Positions 18,436 through 25,945 of a stretch of DNA of 42,229 nt are shown one piece after another. The notes under the pieces are model-generated. The model made no database searches and was not told where the DNA came from. It saw only the letters and a program-made list of their open reading frames with translations. The stretch spans positions 1 to 42,229 of IMG/VR virus record IMGVR_UViG_3300046779_001014; one strand, 5' to 3'. This stretch comes from a virus. Its lineage: Duplodnaviria; Caudoviricetes. The position numbers were made by a program, and so were the translations under genes. Numbering within the stretch: the stretch's first letter is position 1; every line of letters begins with the position of its first letter.

Positions 18436-19779
18436 ATGACTATATCAAAAGCTCAGTGGGACACTGACGGAGAAGATGTCCGTCTTTCAATGCCTTTTAG
18501 TAAGGTAGATAAGGAACGTCGTATCGTTTCTGGCTTCGCCACACTTGATAACGTAGACAAGCAAAATGATATTGTTACCCCAGAGGCATCTGTAAAGGCC
18601 TTCCAAAAATTCCGTGGTAACATCCGTGAAATGCACCAGCCAATATCTGTAGGCAAGATGGTTTCATTTAAAGAAGACAAGTACTTTGACCCAGAGACTA
18701 AGAAGATGTACTCTGGTGTTTACGTTTCTGCATATATTTCAAAGGGTGCTCAAGACACCTGGGAAAAAGTTTTGGATGGAACCCTATCTGGATTCTCTAT
18801 TGGTGGTAGAATGAATAAGTGGGATGATGCCTTCAATACAGATATGGACAAGCAGGTGAGAGTTATTAAGGATTACGATCTTCTAGAGCTTTCGCTTGTA
18901 GACAATCCAGCAAACCAGTTTGCAAATATTCTATCAATTCAGAAAGTTGATGGGGTAGATGTAATGAGTGGAGATGTAACCGATACGGTTATTGAAAATG
19001 TATTTTGGGATAAAGATTCCAACCTTGTAATGCTATCTGAAAACGATAATGAAGTGAGTCCAACCACTGGGAAGCCAATGGAGAATATTGGATTTGTTGA
19101 GAAGAGTGATTCAGACAAGCAAGACATGATAAAGTTCTTAGTTGATAGTGCTAAAGGCATTGATCTTTCTAAGATGACAGAGGAGGTAGGTCCTATGACT
19201 GAAACAACTGAAAATACAGTTGAAGACGTTGCAGCGGAAGAAGTTGCAACCGAATCAGCAGAGGTCGCTCCAGAGGCAGAAGCTACAGCTGACGATGTAG
19301 TAGTAGAGACAGAGGATGGCTTGGAAAAGTCAGACGAAGTTGAAGCTACAGCAGATGCAGAAGAAGCTGCAACTGTTACAGAAGATGCTAGTGAAGCCAC
19401 TTCTGAAGCTGCTACTGAAGTTGAGGCTGACGTAGAAAAAGCTGACGATGTTACTGCTTTGGTTTCTGAAATCAAAGATGGTCTAGCATCAGCCTTTAGC
19501 GATCTATCAGCAGTCGTAAAATCATTAAATGATGAAATTGCTGAACTAAAGAAGTCATTCGGCGGTGTTGAGACTCGCCTAAACGCAGTTTCGACTGACG
19601 TTAACACCGTAAAGAGCGACTTTGGTAATATTGGAAAGCGTGTAGATGCCGTCGAGGCAGACACAGCTTTTCGCAAATCTGGCGATCTAGGCGAGATCGT
19701 ACAGGACAGTCAGATAGAAAAATCTGACAAATCCCCATGGGGCGGACGTTTCCTCAAAACTGCCGACTTATTTCGATAA
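18436..19779 (+). CDS. Prohead protease (HK97 family) fused to an acidic coiled-coil scaffold
   Basis: RIVSGFA...VDKQND, REMHQ, LSGFSIGG, ELSLVDNPAN; Glu/Ala/Thr-rich then heptad-rich C-terminus. Confidence 0.9.
   Translation: MTISKAQWDTDGEDVRLSMPFSKVDKERRIVSGFATLDNVDKQNDIVTPEASVKAFQKFRGNIREMHQPISVGKMVSFKEDKYFDPETKKMYSGVYVSAYISKGAQDTWEKVLDGTLSGFSIGGRMNKWDDAFNTDMDKQVRVIKDYDLLELSLVDNPANQFANILSIQKVDGVDVMSGDVTDTVIENVFWDKDSNLVMLSENDNEVSPTTGKPMENIGFVEKSDSDKQDMIKFLVDSAKGIDLSKMTEEVGPMTETTENTVEDVAAEEVATESAEVAPEAEATADDVVVETEDGLEKSDEVEATADAEEAATVTEDASEATSEAATEVEADVEKADDVTALVSEIKDGLASAFSDLSAVVKSLNDEIAELKKSFGGVETRLNAVSTDVNTVKSDFGNIGKRVDAVEADTAFRKSGDLGEIVQDSQIEKSDKSPWGGRFLKTADLFR
19195..19779 (+). CDS. 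Nested in-frame scaffolding protein
   Basis: AGGAGGT at 19181-19187, 7 nt before in-frame ATG 19195 at the domain boundary. Confidence 0.65.
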   Translation: MTETTENTVEDVAAEEVATESAEVAPEAEATADDVVVETEDGLEKSDEVEATADAEEAATVTEDASEATSEAATEVEADVEKADDVTALVSEIKDGLASAFSDLSAVVKSLNDEIAELKKSFGGVETRLNAVSTDVNTVKSDFGNIGKRVDAVEADTAFRKSGDLGEIVQDSQIEKSDKSPWGGRFLKTADLFR

Positions 19780-19804
19780 AGTTAAATCACTTAGGAGGTG
19801 ACAA

Positions 19805-20917
19805 ATGTCGGAAGAAATTATGAATAATAATACAGAAATCGCAAAGGATGCCGCTTCAGGTGCCTTTGCTTCTGGTGGTATTGGTGGTATCGTGGATCCA
19901 GGTGCAGATGTACTTGGTAACATTCCTACCGCTAATTTCGGTGTAACAACTGGACCAAACGCTACCAACCCTTCTGGTGATGCAGGTAGTGGTATCCTTC
20001 GCCCTGAACAGGCACGTCGTTTTATTGACTACGTATGGGATGCTACAGTTCTCGCCAAAGATGGTCGCCGTGTTACAATGCGAGCAAATACTATGGAACT
20101 TGAAAAGGTTAACGTAGGTGAGCGTGTAATTCGTGCAGCTGCTCAGGCAGATCCAACCTACACCAACACTGGTGCGACATTCAGCAAGGTGGAGCTTACA
20201 ACCAAGAAGATTCGTCTTGACTGGGAAGTTTCAGCTGAAGCACTAGAAGATGGCATTGAGGGTGGTGCTCTAGAGGACCACTTGGTACGCTTGATGACAA
20301 ACGCATTTGCGAATGACATTGAGGACCTAGCCATCAATGGTGACGCTGGTTCGGATCCATTCCTTGGAATTATGAACGGTTTTGTAAACCGTGTTAAGAC
20401 CAACGGAGATGCTCACGAAGCAGTTGTTACAGTTGCTGACAACGCATGGACACCAGATGTTCTACAGAGCGTAATTCTCGCTCTACCACGTAAGTATCGT
20501 GCACTTAAGTCTAACCTTAAGTTCTACGCAGGTACTGACGCATTCCAGGGCATTGTAAAGAACAATGGTACTCTAGCTGACGCTATTGCTGAAGCTTTCG
20601 CTGGTACTCCAGCAGGTACTCCAGCTAACCGTCAGGCTTACCTAGACGGTGCTGCACAGACATTCGGTGGAGCACGTACTACTCGTGTTCTAGGAATCGA
20701 CGTACAGGAAGTTCCTTACTACCCTAATGGTTATGTTGACCTTACATTCCCTGCCAACCGTGTTTGGGGATTCCAGAGAGACATCACTGTTAACCGTGAG
20801 TACAAGCCAAAGAAGGACACCATTGAGTACACCGTATTCGTACGTTTCGGTATTCAGTGGGAGGAAGAGGATGCAGTAGCATTCGCTGACGCAGATTCTT
20901 CAGATCTGTACTACTAA
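19805..20917 (+). CDS. Major capsid protein (HK97 fold)
   Basis: SD aggaggtg; GILRPEQARRFID, EVSAEALEDGIEG, NDIEDLAINGD; position after protease/scaffold. Confidence 0.92.
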   Translation: MSEEIMNNNTEIAKDAASGAFASGGIGGIVDPGADVLGNIPTANFGVTTGPNATNPSGDAGSGILRPEQARRFIDYVWDATVLAKDGRRVTMRANTMELEKVNVGERVIRAAAQADPTYTNTGATFSKVELTTKKIRLDWEVSAEALEDGIEGGALEDHLVRLMTNAFANDIEDLAINGDAGSDPFLGIMNGFVNRVKTNGDAHEAVVTVADNAWTPDVLQSVILALPRKYRALKSNLKFYAGTDAFQGIVKNNGTLADAIAEAFAGTPAGTPANRQAYLDGAAQTFGGARTTRVLGIDVQEVPYYPNGYVDLTFPANRVWGFQRDITVNREYKPKKDTIEYTVFVRFGIQWEEEDAVAFADADSSDLYY

Positions 20918-20933
20918 AAACTAAATAGAGATT

Positions 20934-20965
20934 AGGGAGCAGGGATTATCCTTGCTCCCTTTTCT
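20934..20965 (+). terminator. Intrinsic terminator after the capsid gene
   Basis: agggagcaggga-tta-tccttgctccct followed by tttctt. Confidence 0.85.
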
Positions 20966-20973
20966 TATTTGTC

Positions 20974-20982
20974 TGATATAAT
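20974..20982 (+). promoter_or_regulatory. Extended -10 promoter TGATATAAT
   Basis: After the terminator, before SD aggaggt and ATG 21005. Confidence 0.65.
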
Positions 20983-21004
20983 TAGTTTAGGAGGTAATGC
21001 TATT

Positions 21005-21505
21005 ATGGCAGAAGATAAACTAGAAAATGAAAGCACAGAGGCAGAGATTGTTTCTGTAGTAGAAGAGACAGTCGCAGATACTGTAGAAAAAGTTGAAGAG
21101 GTAGCAGAAGCTCCTGTTACTGAAGAGGCCGTTATAGAAGAGCCTAAAGAAGAAAAGAAGAAGCCAGCTAAAAGCAAGAAGGCTGTAGAGAATGCAATTG
21201 TATCAGATTCAGTTGAAGAAAAAGAAGATGATGATATAGACGCATTGCTAGACAAGTTAATTGCAGAAGAAGTAAATGCTGGAAATATTATAGGCTCATT
21301 GTCGGCAGACAAGGTAGGGCCAGTAGCTATTGATGCAGATGCAGCTAAGGTTGCAGTTTTCTCGACTAGAAATGCATCTTGGGGAGGGTATGGCAGCGTC
21401 TATAAAGGATATAACATTCTTTCAAAGAGACGTGCAGACGCATGGCTAACTCGTAGCCACGTACGACTTGCTACTCCAGCTGAAGTAGCCCAACACTTGA
21501 GGTAA
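21005..21505 (+). CDS. Hypothetical head-module protein, acidic low-complexity N-terminus and small globular C-terminus (start reassigned to 21005)
   Basis: SD aggaggt precedes MAEDKLEN; the TTG at 20969 lies upstream of the promoter. Confidence 0.65.
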   Translation: MAEDKLENESTEAEIVSVVEETVADTVEKVEEVAEAPVTEEAVIEEPKEEKKKPAKSKKAVENAIVSDSVEEKEDDDIDALLDKLIAEEVNAGNIIGSLSADKVGPVAIDADAAKVAVFSTRNASWGGYGSVYKGYNILSKRRADAWLTRSHVRLATPAEVAQHLR

Positions 21506-21508
21506 TAA

Positions 21509-22387
21509 ATGCAGATATTGAGGGTTCCGTCAAGCACAATAGCTTACACGGTTGACGATTTGGTTCCAAACGCAGAGTATGAGTTTTCTTGGGAAGACTT
21601 GACGGATAACTCAGTATTTTCTGGCACAGTAGTTGCCAATCAGGATGGGGTTGTTTCTATCAGCCTACCATCAAATAGGGATGGGGAATATGAAATCTCA
21701 TTTGGCGACATTGACGAGATCGTGACGGTGGTAAGACCGTATGTTGACCCAACCACTAAGGGCATGACTGCTAGTGAAATTTCGCAGTATGCAAAGAATG
21801 AAGAACTAGCTAGAGCAATCATCGACTCAGTAATTGACGATGGATTCTACTATAATAAAAAGGTTATAGAAACTACTGGTAATGGATCAGATTATATTCC
21901 ACTATGGGTAAATGCAAATAAGGTCCTAGAGGTTTATGAGAATAACGTGCTAGTCTATGATGCTGAAAACCCATCTAATTATGAATTTTCATACTCAATA
22001 ACAAAAGATAAGACAGCCATTGTAAAGTCTTATGCTGGTGAAATTAATCGGCTAGAGTCTGCAGAGCTAATCTTGCCTGCAGCTGGTTCAGATATCATTG
22101 GAACTCAATTCGTTCATGGAACCTTCCCAAAGACTTATGACTACACAATCATACTAGAGGTTGGATATAAGAAGCTCCCATCTAATATTGTAAGAGCAGC
22201 AGAGCTATTAGTAGATGACATAGCTTGTGGAAAGTTAGATTACTACAAGCGTTATGTTTCTGACTATAGCACAGATCAGTTTAAGATTAAGTTCGATTCT
22301 AGATCATTCGAAGGAACGGGTAATATCGTAGTAGACAAGATACTGCTAAAGTATTTTAAGTCTATTAGATCAATTGGGGTGCTATAG
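21509..22387 (+). CDS. Head-tail adaptor with extra N-terminal Ig/FN3-like domain
   Basis: ARAIIDSVI, VGYKKLPSNIVRAAELL, VDKILLKY; position. Confidence 0.7.
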   Translation: MQILRVPSSTIAYTVDDLVPNAEYEFSWEDLTDNSVFSGTVVANQDGVVSISLPSNRDGEYEISFGDIDEIVTVVRPYVDPTTKGMTASEISQYAKNEELARAIIDSVIDDGFYYNKKVIETTGNGSDYIPLWVNANKVLEVYENNVLVYDAENPSNYEFSYSITKDKTAIVKSYAGEINRLESAELILPAAGSDIIGTQFVHGTFPKTYDYTIILEVGYKKLPSNIVRAAELLVDDIACGKLDYYKRYVSDYSTDQFKIKFDSRSFEGTGNIVVDKILLKYFKSIRSIGVL

Positions 22388-22840
22388 GTGTCCTGTCCAA
22401 ACATAACCGACTTCGTCTTTCCAATGATGGCAGACATTTTCTATCCTATTGTTGAACAAGGCTCTCTTGGCAATGTCACAAAGCAGTGGGTATTCGATAG
22501 AACGATTGCTTGTAATTTTGCACCTGCAGGGGCAGGGAACAAAGAAGAGGTTACTCCAAACATAGATATAACCCTAGACTCACTGCTAGTTGGACGATCA
22601 AAGTCTGACATTAGAAGTAGCAGCATCGACTCACTAAATGCTATTACTAATATTATTATTACTAATATTAGAGACGCAAACTGTAACCCACTATACCTAG
22701 AATCTTCTGGAGTTAGAAAGAATAGATCAACAATTTTTGAGGTCGCTACTACGCAACCATTTATTGGCCCTTTCGGAGGAACACCAGAGTATTTTAGGGT
22801 GGTGCTAAGAAGATCTCAGAACCAGGGTGCCGATATATGA
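22388..22840 (+). CDS. Putative head-closure (stopper) protein
   Basis: Size, GSLGNVTKQW..TIAC motif, synteny. Confidence 0.6.
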   Translation: MSCPNITDFVFPMMADIFYPIVEQGSLGNVTKQWVFDRTIACNFAPAGAGNKEEVTPNIDITLDSLLVGRSKSDIRSSSIDSLNAITNIIITNIRDANCNPLYLESSGVRKNRSTIFEVATTQPFIGPFGGTPEYFRVVLRRSQNQGADI

Positions 22841-23502
22841 TAAAGATGGATGGCACCCAATTTATCAAAGATATGAACAATATCATAAAATATTCTGAGG
22901 GATTTTTAGAGGGAGTTAAACGTGGAAAAGCACAGATGCTATCTAACGTTGGAAAGGCTTCAGTAGAAGTAATTAAGCAATACGTTGATTCTAGTGCTAG
23001 GGTTAATCCAGCAGCACTACATCACGTATATGAGTGGTATCAGGTTGGCAGCCCAGAGGCAAGGCTATTTGATATAGTCTATAGCGTAAACGGTGCAGGT
23101 CTTTCAATAAGATCACAGTTTACACAGTCGACTGTAATCAAAAATGGATCAAATGTCCCATTCTATGACAAGGCAAGAATTATGGAAGCAGGACTGTCTA
23201 TTACTATAAAGCCAAAATCTGCAACAGTGCTATCGTTTGATGTAAACGGAGAGCAGGTTTTTTCAAAGGGACCAATTACTGTTAATGAGCCAGGTGGCTC
23301 AGAAGTACAAGGATCATTTGAAGCAACCTTTGATGCATTCATGAGGGGATATTTCTCTCAAGCTTTTCTTTCAAGTAGTGGTATACTAGCTAAGTTGAAT
23401 GATATTTCAATTTTTAAAAAGAATCTGTCTTCTGGTAAAAGATCTGGAAAGCAAAAAGGTATCGAGACAGGTTATCGTTGGATAACAAGCGTAGGAGTTT
23501 AG
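22837..23502 (+). CDS. Putative neck/tail completion protein
   Basis: Synteny; ARIMEAG..ITIKPK motif; basic. Confidence 0.5.
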   Translation: MIKMDGTQFIKDMNNIIKYSEGFLEGVKRGKAQMLSNVGKASVEVIKQYVDSSARVNPAALHHVYEWYQVGSPEARLFDIVYSVNGAGLSIRSQFTQSTVIKNGSNVPFYDKARIMEAGLSITIKPKSATVLSFDVNGEQVFSKGPITVNEPGGSEVQGSFEATFDAFMRGYFSQAFLSSSGILAKLNDISIFKKNLSSGKRSGKQKGIETGYRWITSVGV

Positions 23503-23503
23503 A

Positions 23504-24070
23504 ATGGCAATGACATACCCACCAGTGCTAATTAATGCATACCTGGCTGAAAAGGTTATAGAGTCACTACCTGGCAGATTTGCTGGAGGAATGTTTAGAT
23601 TCTTCCCAACAATGCCAACAGACATCAATCAGCTAACAGAGCAATTCCCAGATGCAGCTGGAGATGTTTTTGCGGTATATGACAGAATGTTTAAGATGCG
23701 TAAGAAGCCATTCCCACACATAAAAGAAGAACAAATTTTATACTATTTCTATAAGATGGCCAATGACCCAGTTGCCCTGATAGAAACTACACAGGCAGTT
23801 TACGATCTATTAGACCGTGGAGACGAGTCAGCTGAGGATGTCAACAAGTGGATTGCTTCTAAGGTAAACCAGAATGGTCTTGTAGTAATTGCTGGCGATG
23901 AATTCTACCCAGTGTATTTTCATGAATTTAAGATCTTTCAGCTAGAAGAAGCCAGAGACATCATAGACTTTGGGACAGCCAGAACCTATGCTGGAAATAA
24001 GATAATTATTGACTATTGTTACCATACAAATGGATATTCTGCTGGTAAATATAACGGTATTTCCTATTAA
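23504..24070 (+). CDS. Putative tail terminator protein
   Basis: Synteny, immediately before the tail tube gene; SD aggag. Confidence 0.55.
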   Translation: MAMTYPPVLINAYLAEKVIESLPGRFAGGMFRFFPTMPTDINQLTEQFPDAAGDVFAVYDRMFKMRKKPFPHIKEEQILYYFYKMANDPVALIETTQAVYDLLDRGDESAEDVNKWIASKVNQNGLVVIAGDEFYPVYFHEFKIFQLEEARDIIDFGTARTYAGNKIIIDYCYHTNGYSAGKYNGISY

Positions 24071-24088
24071 TCTTATTTAATAAAAGCA

Positions 24089-24097
24089 TGCTATACT
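24089..24097 (+). promoter_or_regulatory. Extended -10 promoter TGCTATACT for the tail tube gene
   Basis: Intergenic, upstream of SD gaggtg. Confidence 0.6.
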
Positions 24098-24150
24098 GTA
24101 GATGAGGAAACAACGCCCACTAATTCCATAGAAGAAGAGGTGAGAAAAAT

Positions 24151-24786
24151 ATGGCATATACACGTGGTACTAGTGCCAACATTATTGTTGGTGCAGCCGC
24201 TCTGTTCACATACGAACAGGGTACGCTATCTGACGGTGTAATCCCAGCATACGTTCCAAACGTAAGCTTTAAGGATACCCTGGAAGATAACCTAACTGGA
24301 GATTTCCGTAACGTTGGTTACACATCTAACGGTCTTGAGATCCAGTTCCAGCCTGACTTCGGTGAAGTACAGGTTGACCAGGTACTTGACGTAGCTAAGC
24401 TTTACAAGCAGGGTATGCAGGTTAACCTGAATACATCGTTTGCTGAAGCAACACTAGAGAACTTGGTATTCGCACTTGCTGCGAATGCTGACAAGGATCT
24501 AAGCTCTGTCAACGGCAACCCAACTCTAAACCTATCTGCTGGTGAACTCGGTGAGTGTCCAGTAGAGCGTGGTCTGATTGCGGTTGGTCCAGGTACTGGT
24601 GACTGTGACGCTTCAAGCTCAATCGAGCGTGTTTACGTTGCATACCGTGCACTTTCTATCGAAAGCGTTACAGTATCAGCTAAGCGTGACGAGGCAACAA
24701 TGTTCGACGTTTCATTCCGTCTACTACCAAACGACTCAGGTTCGTACGGTAAGATTGTTGACCGCACAATCCCAGCTTACTACTAA
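24151..24786 (+). CDS. Major tail (tube) protein
   Basis: NIIVGAA, NVGYTSNGLEI, EVQVDQ, FAEATLENL; followed by a terminator and chaperones. Confidence 0.85.
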   Translation: MAYTRGTSANIIVGAAALFTYEQGTLSDGVIPAYVPNVSFKDTLEDNLTGDFRNVGYTSNGLEIQFQPDFGEVQVDQVLDVAKLYKQGMQVNLNTSFAEATLENLVFALAANADKDLSSVNGNPTLNLSAGELGECPVERGLIAVGPGTGDCDASSSIERVYVAYRALSIESVTVSAKRDEATMFDVSFRLLPNDSGSYGKIVDRTIPAYY

Positions 24787-24800
24787 AAGCTAAAAACTAA

Positions 24801-24839
24801 GGTACTGCTCAGGTTTACTCCTGGGCAGTACTTTTTTTT
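24801..24839 (+). terminator. Intrinsic terminator after the tail tube gene
   Basis: gtactgctcagg-tttact-cctgggcagtac followed by T8. Confidence 0.9.
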
Positions 24840-24847
24840 GCTAAAAT
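24839..24847 (+). promoter_or_regulatory. Extended -10 promoter TGCTAAAAT, leaderless geometry
   Basis: 6 nt before ATG 24854; no SD. Confidence 0.6.
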
Positions 24848-24853
24848 AGATTA

Positions 24854-25540
24854 ATGGCCACTAAAGTATACGACTCAGCTTACATAGAGCTAATGGACGG
24901 AACCGAGTTGTATATAACTCCACTAAAGATTCGCTATCTGCGTGAATTTATGGATGCTTTTCAGTTTGTTAAAACTGCAACAAGCGACGACGAAGCAATA
25001 TTCTTCCTGACTGAGTGTGCAAGAATTGCCATGAAGCAATACTATCCAACAATACAGACCATTTCTGACCTGGAAGATAGCGTTGACCTAAAGACTGTTT
25101 ATAAGATAATTGAGATTGCTGGCGGTATCTCTATAAAAGATAAGGATTCTGATATAGCTAAACAGGCTAGTGAAGATGATGCATGGGAAAACTTAGACTT
25201 GGTAAAGCTAGAGACAGAGATATTCCAGCTGGGAATTTGGAAAGATTACGAAGATTTAGAGATGTCCATGTCAATGCCTGAGCTAGTGGCAACGCTAGGA
25301 TCAAGAAGAGAGCTTGAGTACCAGGAAAAGAAGTTCTTGGCTGCAATTCAGGGAGTAGACCTAGACAAGAGTTCTGGTAAAAAAGAAGAGGATCCATGGG
25401 AAAGAATAAAGGCAAAAGCTTTTAGTAAGGGTAAGGCAACAAGCGGAGATGATATACTCGCATTCCAAGGTGCAAATGCAAGCAAGGCTGGTTTTGGTAT
25501 TGGAATGGGCCTTGGCTACGAGGATTTAACGCAAAAATAG
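24854..25540 (+). CDS. Tail assembly chaperone, long (gpGT-like) form
   Basis: N-terminal ~95 aa paralogous to 25595..25912, plus a C-terminal domain (WKDYEDLEMSMSMPEL); position. Confidence 0.7.
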   Translation: MATKVYDSAYIELMDGTELYITPLKIRYLREFMDAFQFVKTATSDDEAIFFLTECARIAMKQYYPTIQTISDLEDSVDLKTVYKIIEIAGGISIKDKDSDIAKQASEDDAWENLDLVKLETEIFQLGIWKDYEDLEMSMSMPELVATLGSRRELEYQEKKFLAAIQGVDLDKSSGKKEEDPWERIKAKAFSKGKATSGDDILAFQGANASKAGFGIGMGLGYEDLTQK

Positions 25541-25550
25541 ACTCCCAGTA

Positions 25551-25559
25551 TGTTATAAT
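25551..25559 (+). promoter_or_regulatory. Extended -10 promoter TGTTATAAT inside the dyad CCAGTATG/CATACTGG
   Basis: Upstream of SD gagagg and ATG 25595. Confidence 0.6.
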
Positions 25560-25594
25560 TAATTTACCATACTGGTTATATAGAGAGGCACAAA

Positions 25595-25912
25595 ATGGCA
25601 ACAACCATTAACGAAACAAAAGAGATTACTCTTATCGATGGAACTACTATTTCGGTACGACCATTGAAGATCTCTCTGCTACGTCCTTTTATGAAGAAAT
25701 TCGAAGGCATCGCAGCAGTTGCAGAAGACAATGATAAGTCCATGAGTATTCTTATGGAGTGTGTACAGATTGCAATGCAACAGTACAAGCCAGACTTGGC
25801 AGACGATCTCGCCAAATTGGAAGAAAACCTAGATCTTCCTACAGTCTACAAAATTGTTGAAGAGGCTTCAGGCGTAAAGCTTGGTGACCCTTCGGCACTT
25901 CTAGGTAACTAA
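25595..25912 (+). CDS. Tail assembly chaperone, short (gpG-like) form
   Basis: 105 aa, ITLIDGTTISVRPLKI then helical; directly before the tape measure gene. Confidence 0.75.
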   Translation: MATTINETKEITLIDGTTISVRPLKISLLRPFMKKFEGIAAVAEDNDKSMSILMECVQIAMQQYKPDLADDLAKLEENLDLPTVYKIVEEASGVKLGDPSALLGN

Positions 25913-25945
25913 AACATATGGTGTAAACCAAAAGAGGTGTAGTGG

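Noticed and set aside
18939-19676. 245-aa antisense ORF and the many other minus-strand ORFs over TMP and structural genes
   Set aside because: Shadow frames of Ala/Glu/Thr-rich sense genes; low complexity, no convincing SD or recognisable motif
20909-20935. Frameshift or readthrough extension of the capsid (and tail tube) to add an Ig-like domain
   Set aside because: All frames close shortly after the stop and terminators follow directly
24102-24131. Mini ORF MRKQRPLIP in the tail-tube leader
   Set aside because: ATG is only 4 nt after the -10 element, so probably not inside the transcript, and has no SD
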